Shown one piece after another: positions 56,897 through 64,000 of a DNA stretch of 64,000 nucleotides. This DNA comes from an uncultured virus (IMG/VR IMGVR_UViG_2639762883_000003) (lineage: Duplodnaviria > Heunggongvirae > Uroviricota > Caudoviricetes), in IMG/VR virus record IMGVR_UViG_2639762883_000003, one strand, 5' to 3'. Position numbers and translations under genes: made by a program. The notes under the pieces are model-generated. The model had not been told where the DNA came from. It saw only the letters and a list, made by a program, of their open reading frames with translations, and searched no databases. Position 1 is the first letter of the stretch. The number at the start of each line of letters is the position of its first letter.

Positions 56897-59800
56897 TTGA
56901 TTAAGTTTTATGATTCAGGTGGAACGGTTCATTTCGGCCAAGCAACCATCACGAGAAAGACTAGCGTCAACGGCGGGTTGTCGTTAACTGGTGAAGTTTT
57001 TGCCGGTGATGATGTATTGAACGGTTTAGACTACGGTTGGTGGTTGAATTTCGATAATGAAAAGTACGTTATTACGTATAAAAAGTTAAGTGATGATACC
57101 AATACCATCGTTTTCGATGCAGTGCAACAGTTTTTTTGGGATTTTGCCAAAGTAGTATTGCATTCACAATACACGGGTAGCCATGAGTATTCATTTTATT
57201 TAGGACAACTCTTTGATAAATCCGGGTATACCTACAAGAATGACGTTGCCGTGCCAGCATTTGAAAAAGAAAATTGGGGTTATAAAAATAAGCTAGACTT
57301 ATTTAACGACATTATTGATCAGGCTGATGTTGAATTTGAAGTGCACAATGAGACAGTTCACATTGCTAAGCAAATTGGTAGCGACCTAACCAGTTTCGTT
57401 CGCAAAGGAATTAATCTTAGTGATCTCACAGAAGAAATGAAAATATCAGACTTTGCGACGTATGCTAGGGGCTATGGTGCTTTCAAAGATGATCAAGATC
57501 AAAGTAAAGGTCGATTAGAAGTTGAGTATCGCAGTGAGTTAGCCAAGCAGTTTGGTGACTTAGAAATGGATCCGATTGTCGATAAGCGATACACAATCGC
57601 AGATAACTTGATTGCCGCCTTAAAAAAGCGGGTTGATGCGACATATACCGTGTCAATGACTATGAACATCTATGACTTAGAAAACGCTGGTTATCCGAAC
57701 TATGAAGCGCCTAAAGTCGGAGATTGGATTCTAGCGATTGATGAAGCATTAAATTTCAAGCGTAAAATCAGAATTATTCAACTTGAAGAACAATTTGACG
57801 TGACTGGTAAGCATATCGGGTACACGGCCACTTGTGGTGATTTGAATATCGTGGATCAGTACACACATCTACAAATTAGTTTGGATAATAAGGTACAACA
57901 GATTCAAGAGGCCGTTGACGCTGCAGCGATAAGTGCAAATGGTAAGAATACGAATTACTATGGTGCAAAAGAACCCGTGAGTGCCAATGAAGGTGACTTA
58001 TGGTTTGACCAAAGTAATAGTGATCCGGACAAATGGTCTATCAAACAATGGGTAAACGGTCGTTGGGAACAGATTACGTTAAACCCTGGCGAGGTAGACG
58101 CCAAAGTTAACGTTGCTAAGCAAGAAGCTGAAACTGCGGTCGAAAATGCTAAAAGTGCATCAGATAAAACTGATCAGCTTGCGGCCAAGTATGATGATAC
58201 GAATTCACTGGCTAGTCAAGCAATGGGTAAAGCTGTAAGTGCCCAAGGTGATGCTAGTTCCGCAGTTGCCACAGCAAATTCTACAGCTGCGGAGTTCGGT
58301 AAAGTTGACCAAAAAGCTGATAATGCTGTAGCTAGTGCACTGAATGCTCAAAGTGGCGCTAGTGATGCAGTTAAACAGGCTTCTTCTGCTGCCGCTGATT
58401 CTAAAGATGCCAAGCAAATTGCCGGAGCGGTTAGTCAGAGTTATAAGACTTTAACTGACGGTTCAACTATGACTATCGCCGAGTTAGAGAGTGGCCTAGC
58501 TGTCAAACTGACTAAGACTGATCTCAATGGATATGCCACTCAAACCTGGACTCAAAATCAGATTAAGGTCACTGCAGATGGCATTAACGGAACCATGTCC
58601 AGTATCAAGAGTACTGTTGATGGGCAGACTACCAGTATTAATGACTTAAAAGCTGACTCAAGTTCTTTTAATAGCCAGTTTACAACGGTTAACAATACTC
58701 TCGGCAAGCAAACTACGGACATTGGAAGTCTGCAAGCCGCATCTAAAGAATTGACTACCGGGTTTAATACGTTGACAAGTGATAATACGACTAATAAGAA
58801 CGACATTAGTCAACTTAAGCAGACTTCCAGAGAACTCAGCAGCACCATGAAGACTGTTCAGACACAGGTTCAAGATAGTGCGGTTGGGACCAACCTGCTG
58901 ATAGGGACGACTTCGTCAGAAAAGTCATACACAGGTGACTTTTCAACTGTCCCCAGTTGGGGCGACCATTACGTATCACAAGTTGCTGTTAACGCCGGGA
59001 GCACCTACACCTACTCAATATATTTAACAAAATTAGCGGGTTCTTTTGTTTTGGGATATTGGGGGTATGACAGCAATGAAAAATATGCTAGATGGGTTCC
59101 TAGTGGTGCTAATTCTTCATTGGGTAAAGTTTCATGGACGTTCAAAGTTCCTAGTGGCGTATCTTATGTGGTTCCGCATGTTGTACATGCTTCTGATGAT
59201 TTCGCTTGTACAGCAAAAGAAGAAAAACTTGAACTTGGTTCTCATGCAACTGATTGGTGCCTTAATCCGACAGAAACTGCTACGGTTACTGCGGTCTCCA
59301 AGCTTTCTCAGACTGTTGACGGTATGAAACTTGATATTTCCAAGAAAATTGAGCAGAAGGATCTCAACGGATACGCTACTAAAGCGTGGGCACAAAATCA
59401 GATTAATGCCACTGCTGATGGAATTAACGCAACATTATCAAGTGTCAAAAAGACTGTTAACGGGCATAATACTAGTATTAATGACTTAAAGGCTGATTCT
59501 AATTCATTTAAGGCTCAGTTTACAACAGTCAATGGTACTCTCAGCACGCAATCTACTGATATTAGTACTTTGCAAGCAACAAGCAAGTCTTTGAGTGCTA
59601 GCTTTGATTCACTAAGTTCTGACAATCAAACAAACCAGCATAGCATTAGTCAATTGCAAGCGAGTGCTACGGAATTTAATAACACTTTAGCAACTGTTCA
59701 GCAACAGGTTACTGATAGTGCAGTGGGCGTTAATCTACTACGTAACGCACGTACTTTAGACGGTTGGAAAGTTTGGGCTGGAGCTGGAGCTGGAAAAGGT

Positions 59801-61783
59801 TTCAATATTGAGGATAAATTTTCAGATAGTGGCCAGTATAGAATGGCTCATATTTTTAATAATGTTGATGGTCAAAATTCTGACGGTCCTTATTGGCCTG
59901 GCGTAAATCTATTTCTAAATGCTGGACAAGTTTACACGATTAGTATATGGGCTCATAGTCTAGGCACCTCTGAACAGCCTGTTTCCTGGACATTGTGGCT
60001 TAATTGGGATAAGGACCATACGTATCAAGGTGTGTCCATAACTCGCACGACAAGCCCTTATTGGAGGCACTACTCAGCTACTTTTACGGCAACTGTTGGT
60101 GGACAAGTTAATAATGTCCGAATAATTCCGTACTTCGGAACTGGAGCGGCGGCTAACGTCGGCGGGTCTGTTTATTTACTAAAGCCTAAACTAGAACGAG
60201 GAAGTAGAGCTACTGACTTTTCAGTAAATCCTGCTGACAACGCAACCGTTGACGCAGTTTCTAGCATCTCTCAAACTGTGGCTTCCATTCAAACAACTGT
60301 ATGTGGAAAAGTAGATAATCACACTTACCAGTCAAAGATGACACAATTAGATAACCAGATAACTTCTGTTGTCGGGCAAGTTAATACTCTTGGGCAGCGG
60401 AATCTGATTGCTAATTCACAATTCCAGTACGACAAATTTGATGGCTCAACATGGACCTCAGATAAAGCTTCTAATTGGTATTCGTCTGATTATGCATGGT
60501 CTTGGTGGAATGGCTACCAAGGAATATGCTGTAACATCCCAATATCCAATCCGGTTAACACCAATCTATGGAATAGTATAGTTTCAAAGAAGATCTATGT
60601 TCCAGATACTAAATCTGTGTATTCAGGCAGTGCGATATTCAATGTCGATAAGATTGGTGCTAGTACTCAGTTGGTTTTAGATTGGTATGACAAATCGATG
60701 AAACGCATTGGATATGCCCCTAAACGTGTAACCGTCTTGCATAAGCAAACATTGGTCAAGATAGAGAACCAAACTCCGCCAGCAGGAACAGCTTATGTTG
60801 CTCTTCACGTTGATGTCCATGGTGGGGGTCACTTAGCTGTGATAGCCCCTATGCTTGTTAACGCAGCTAGTGTTGGTTCGTTTGTTCCTGATAATGCTAG
60901 CTGGACAGAGTTTCAGCAAACGGCGTCAGATATTGATCTTAAGGTTTCTAAAAACGGGGTCATTAATGCCATTAATATCTCCAAAGAAGGAACCCAGATA
61001 TACGGTAATAAATTGCACATTACTGCTGCTACCTATATTGATAATGCAACCATCAAAGACGCCATGATTGCTAACTTAAGTGCTAACAAGCTAACCGCTG
61101 GCTCTATTAACGCTGCTAAGATCAATGTGTATAACCTTAATGGCTCAAATATCGTTGCTCACTCCATTACTGCTGATAAATTGATAGCAGGGTCGATGCT
61201 TATTGCGATGAACTCAACCTTGCAGACACTTAAGATTGGTACTGATGGATTGTACACTACGGATAGAAGCGGTAAGGCTATTGGTAAAATTCACACTAAC
61301 AATTCGGTTCAACATCCCAACGACTGGGGCCTGGACTTTGACCTTAACTCTGATGGTAAGTTCATGTCCTGGGGTGCCCAAAATGAAGGTGATCCGAATG
61401 GTAACTATGGTATAAAATTTGGCTGGACCCGTAATAGTTCAGCCCGTGACTTTGGTATGCCATGGGGTGGATTCTGGTTCAATGACAATGTTATGTTACA
61501 CAAAAATTTAAGATTTGACGGTGGTGGCATCGACGTTAAAGATGCATACCAACTAATGAAGTTTGCATGGATTGGTATGAATGGAATCAAATACCCATTC
61601 TTTGGGTCAAGCAATCTAAAAGCTGGATGGTTATTCGGAAGCCACGAAACCTATTTAGTTAGAAATGGTGGCATTATTAATGCCTCTAAGGTGCTAGGAG
61701 CACTTAATGGTCAAAAATTAATCGTCCCTACAAAAATACGTTCAAACGGCACCATTGCAGTTTATACAACTTATCATTTATAA
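56897..61783 (+). CDS. Tal-like hub fused to tail fibre with carbohydrate-binding-like modules
   Basis: Prophage-tail N-terminus, EGDLWF, central part homologous to 17041..22359, different tip. Confidence 0.85.
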   Translation: MIKFYDSGGTVHFGQATITRKTSVNGGLSLTGEVFAGDDVLNGLDYGWWLNFDNEKYVITYKKLSDDTNTIVFDAVQQFFWDFAKVVLHSQYTGSHEYSFYLGQLFDKSGYTYKNDVAVPAFEKENWGYKNKLDLFNDIIDQADVEFEVHNETVHIAKQIGSDLTSFVRKGINLSDLTEEMKISDFATYARGYGAFKDDQDQSKGRLEVEYRSELAKQFGDLEMDPIVDKRYTIADNLIAALKKRVDATYTVSMTMNIYDLENAGYPNYEAPKVGDWILAIDEALNFKRKIRIIQLEEQFDVTGKHIGYTATCGDLNIVDQYTHLQISLDNKVQQIQEAVDAAAISANGKNTNYYGAKEPVSANEGDLWFDQSNSDPDKWSIKQWVNGRWEQITLNPGEVDAKVNVAKQEAETAVENAKSASDKTDQLAAKYDDTNSLASQAMGKAVSAQGDASSAVATANSTAAEFGKVDQKADNAVASALNAQSGASDAVKQASSAAADSKDAKQIAGAVSQSYKTLTDGSTMTIAELESGLAVKLTKTDLNGYATQTWTQNQIKVTADGINGTMSSIKSTVDGQTTSINDLKADSSSFNSQFTTVNNTLGKQTTDIGSLQAASKELTTGFNTLTSDNTTNKNDISQLKQTSRELSSTMKTVQTQVQDSAVGTNLLIGTTSSEKSYTGDFSTVPSWGDHYVSQVAVNAGSTYTYSIYLTKLAGSFVLGYWGYDSNEKYARWVPSGANSSLGKVSWTFKVPSGVSYVVPHVVHASDDFACTAKEEKLELGSHATDWCLNPTETATVTAVSKLSQTVDGMKLDISKKIEQKDLNGYATKAWAQNQINATADGINATLSSVKKTVNGHNTSINDLKADSNSFKAQFTTVNGTLSTQSTDISTLQATSKSLSASFDSLSSDNQTNQHSISQLQASATEFNNTLATVQQQVTDSAVGVNLLRNARTLDGWKVWAGAGAGKGFNIEDKFSDSGQYRMAHIFNNVDGQNSDGPYWPGVNLFLNAGQVYTISIWAHSLGTSEQPVSWTLWLNWDKDHTYQGVSITRTTSPYWRHYSATFTATVGGQVNNVRIIPYFGTGAAANVGGSVYLLKPKLERGSRATDFSVNPADNATVDAVSSISQTVASIQTTVCGKVDNHTYQSKMTQLDNQITSVVGQVNTLGQRNLIANSQFQYDKFDGSTWTSDKASNWYSSDYAWSWWNGYQGICCNIPISNPVNTNLWNSIVSKKIYVPDTKSVYSGSAIFNVDKIGASTQLVLDWYDKSMKRIGYAPKRVTVLHKQTLVKIENQTPPAGTAYVALHVDVHGGGHLAVIAPMLVNAASVGSFVPDNASWTEFQQTASDIDLKVSKNGVINAINISKEGTQIYGNKLHITAATYIDNATIKDAMIANLSANKLTAGSINAAKINVYNLNGSNIVAHSITADKLIAGSMLIAMNSTLQTLKIGTDGLYTTDRSGKAIGKIHTNNSVQHPNDWGLDFDLNSDGKFMSWGAQNEGDPNGNYGIKFGWTRNSSARDFGMPWGGFWFNDNVMLHKNLRFDGGGIDVKDAYQLMKFAWIGMNGIKYPFFGSSNLKAGWLFGSHETYLVRNGGIINASKVLGALNGQKLIVPTKIRSNGTIAVYTTYHL

Positions 61784-61800
61784 AGAAGGAGTAATTTATT

Positions 61801-62292
61801 ATGAAAACAACTATTAGTTTTAAGAATCGTGAACTTGCAGGCATTGCTAACACACTGGGGCAATTCAAATTAAAAGGTAAGGCAAGCTTAGGACGTAGTG
61901 CTCTTATTCGTAAACTTGCCAGTAAGCAAGAAGAATACGTTGCTGATCGAGTAGAAATTCAGCAAAAATACTTTGAAGCTGATAAAGAGGGTAATTTAAA
62001 GACACTAGACGATGGTAGTGAAAAATTAATTCCAAAACCAGAACTAGCTGACGAAAAGGATCCTTCGAAACTTGGAAAAGGTCCTGAGGCTGATCTTAAC
62101 TCTGAAATGAACGAGTTATCAGACGACCTTGCAAATATTGATTTCAGTGAGTACTCTGCTCGATTCAAAGGACTGAAGGCGTCATTGGACGACTATCCTT
62201 ATGAACTGGATAAGGAAGATGCGATTGTGTACGAGCGAGTTTATGACCAATTAGAACAGGCGTTTGCAAAAGATTCTAAGGAGGAACAATAA
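61801..62292 (+). CDS. DUF1617-like phage protein
   Basis: LKGKASLGRS; homologous to 22366..22815. Confidence 0.6.
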   Translation: MKTTISFKNRELAGIANTLGQFKLKGKASLGRSALIRKLASKQEEYVADRVEIQQKYFEADKEGNLKTLDDGSEKLIPKPELADEKDPSKLGKGPEADLNSEMNELSDDLANIDFSEYSARFKGLKASLDDYPYELDKEDAIVYERVYDQLEQAFAKDSKEEQ

Positions 62293-62293
62293 T

Positions 62294-62740
62294 ATGCAAA
62301 TTATTAATCAAAGTATCCAATATCAAATGGAAACATCAACCGGAAATACTGACAGCGTGGTAGTTGGCCTTCATGGTAAGACCGACAAACTAGAATTTAG
62401 CGCAAATTTGACAATTGTGGCTGATGATTTAGAAGCTGGAACAACGTTTGATGACCTTTCCAAGAAACAACTATCCGCTTTAGCTATTAAGAAGTTACCA
62501 AAATTGATGCCAACTTTAGCCTACTCAAACTACCAGTTCTTTGTCCAGAACGATACGCCGGTTCGTCTGACCGCATATTCAGACCTAAGTAGCAACGGTA
62601 GCTATATTTCATTAAGCTCAACTTTCGACCAGTCTGATTTCAAAGATAAACCTATCGGATCAATCGGTTATGAAGATGTAAAATCTGCAGTTAAAACTAT
62701 TATTACTCAAGAATTTCCGACATCATCAACGAAAGCGTGA
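62294..62740 (+). CDS. Hypothetical tail-region protein
   Basis: C-terminal half near-identical to 22818..23252. Confidence 0.7.
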   Translation: MQIINQSIQYQMETSTGNTDSVVVGLHGKTDKLEFSANLTIVADDLEAGTTFDDLSKKQLSALAIKKLPKLMPTLAYSNYQFFVQNDTPVRLTAYSDLSSNGSYISLSSTFDQSDFKDKPIGSIGYEDVKSAVKTIITQEFPTSSTKA

Positions 62741-62744
62741 TGTT

Positions 62745-63128
62745 ATGCTAAAACATTTAGCAAAAAATAGATTTTGGTTCTGGAAAGCGATGGAAACATA
62801 TGGCTTAGGAATTTACTTTATTATTAAGCATAATACCTTTGCATTTGAGCCACCACAGCCAACGTTGCTTGATGTGTTGGATGATCCACCTATGATTTTT
62901 ATGCTGGCGGTGGTTGGAACGCTCGCTCTGGTGTATTCTTTGTGGAACTTGCGTACACATTATTACAAGCCATTAATGACTGGATCACTTACTTTTGTCT
63001 GGTTATTTTTCATGATAGCGTTTAGCGTTCATGATTTTGAAATGCAACGTTATGTAAGTTTTGAAAGTATGTATGCCATGTTTGTTTTAGGATCAACCAT
63101 TTTTGAAATTGTAATTGGGGATGATTAG
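62745..63128 (+). CDS. Four-TM membrane protein preceding lysis cassette
   Basis: Hydrophobic segments; DDPP motif shared with 23279..23659. Confidence 0.7.
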   Translation: MLKHLAKNRFWFWKAMETYGLGIYFIIKHNTFAFEPPQPTLLDVLDDPPMIFMLAVVGTLALVYSLWNLRTHYYKPLMTGSLTFVWLFFMIAFSVHDFEMQRYVSFESMYAMFVLGSTIFEIVIGDD

Positions 63129-63130
63129 GG

Positions 63131-63325
63131 GTGAGCGATGCTGTTATCGTGGCCTTAATTACCACAGCGGGTTCAATTTTCGTTGCGGTCTTAACGATGT
63201 GGAACAGTAACAAGGCCGCTAGCAGCGATTCTGAAACCAAGTTAAAAAAGGAAAATGAGGCTTTAAAAAGGGAAAACAATGAGAAGCAAGAAATAATTGA
63301 CTATTATAGAAAGCGTGATAAATAA
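63131..63325 (+). CDS. Single-TM coiled-coil protein (lysis accessory-like)
   Basis: MSDAVIVALIT TM then coiled coil. Confidence 0.65.
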   Translation: MSDAVIVALITTAGSIFVAVLTMWNSNKAASSDSETKLKKENEALKRENNEKQEIIDYYRKRDK

Positions 63326-63609
63326 TGATGGAATTAATCCAATTTATTAACGGTACCACGATTGCGGCAATCGCCGTAGTAACATATCTAGTTGTTTGGG
63401 CGATTAAACAAACTCAATTCAGCAACAAATATTTACCAATTATTGCCCTTGGTGTTGGTGCAGTGATTGGTATTTTTATTGGCATTGCCAATGGCGATAT
63501 CAGATGGGTAGCTGGTTTGGTTGATGGTGTGATTGCAGGTGCCGTCAGCGTCGGTGGTAATGAGCTAGCTAAATCGATTGGGACAATGTTTAATGGAGGT
63601 GCAAAATAA
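63325..63609 (+). CDS. Holin
   Basis: Three hydrophobic segments, NKYLP motif, upstream of lysin. Confidence 0.88.
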   Translation: MMELIQFINGTTIAAIAVVTYLVVWAIKQTQFSNKYLPIIALGVGAVIGIFIGIANGDIRWVAGLVDGVIAGAVSVGGNELAKSIGTMFNGGAK

Positions 63610-64000
63610 TGAGTTTAAAAGGATTTGATGTAGCCAGTTATCAGGCTGGTATGAATGTAGGCGAAGCTGCAGGCGACTTTGTGTTGGTGAAAGCAACCGA
63701 GGGTATTGATTATACTAATCCAGAATTTAATGGACACGCAAAGCAGACTTTGTCAGCAAGCAAGAAGCTAGGCGTGTACCACTTTATCCGGAACGACTCG
63801 GATATTAAGCAGCAGGCTGATTATTTCTTAACAGTTGTTAAGCCATATATTGGTAAAGCAATGCTGGTTCTTGATTTTGAAAACACGACAGGTTCAACCA
63901 TCCAGAACCAAGCAGGTGTCGGCTTAGCTAAGCAATGGCTTGATTACGTTTATCAAAAAACCGGTGTCCGACCAGTGCTTTATACGGGGATTAGTTGTGA
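63609..64000 (+). CDS. GH25 endolysin (partial, runs off window)
   Basis: MSLKGFDVASYQ..., highly similar to 24201 onward. Confidence 0.9.
   Translation, partial: MSLKGFDVASYQAGMNVGEAAGDFVLVKATEGIDYTNPEFNGHAKQTLSASKKLGVYHFIRNDSDIKQQADYFLTVVKPYIGKAMLVLDFENTTGSTIQNQAGVGLAKQWLDYVYQKTGVRPVLYTGISC

Larger units (their letters stand above)
25501..64000 (+). mobile_element. Prophage 2, near complete (cos/HK97-type head), right end outside window
   Basis: Integrase-immunity-replication-packaging-head-tail-lysis order. Confidence 0.95.

Noticed and set aside
17041..61783. DGR or shufflon acting on the tail fibres
   Set aside because: No reverse transcriptase or invertase, no inverted cassettes, and differences between copies are not visibly adenine-specific

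Overview
The window is entirely prophage DNA. Host is probably a Lactiplantibacillus/Lactobacillus, inferred from gene content rather than shown directly. It holds two different siphovirus prophages head-to-tail. Prophage 1 (P1, <1-~25.5 kb, late half only) has a Tad2-like gene end, pac/SPP1-type packaging (TerS, PBSX TerL, SPP1 portal), a phage-encoded Prp-family protease, MuF minor head protein, scaffold, gpE-like capsid, tail, TMP, a chaperone-tipped tail fibre, holin and GH25 lysin. An attP-like junction carrying a tRNA 3' fragment (25501-25522; its extra copies are assembly artefacts) leads into prophage 2 (P2, ~25.5 kb to >64 kb). P2 has an integrase, ImmA/ImmR-like switch, Erf/SSB/replication genes, late activator, two morons, a Tad2-like gene, HNH/cos-type HK97-like head, tail, tail fibre, holin and a partial lysin. 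The most notable signals are: (1) a Prp protease with L27-like LQxF/A leaders on both the scaffold and the tail tube; (2) an unannotated -1 frameshift adding a HeH/LEM-like domain to the P2 capsid; (3) two tRNA-like RNAs with replaced anticodon arms, one next to a HEPN-motif moron; (4) a family of hairpins with antisense promoters in the lysogeny module; (5) shared homology blocks that could yield complete hybrid phages. All family calls come from motif recognition, not database searches.
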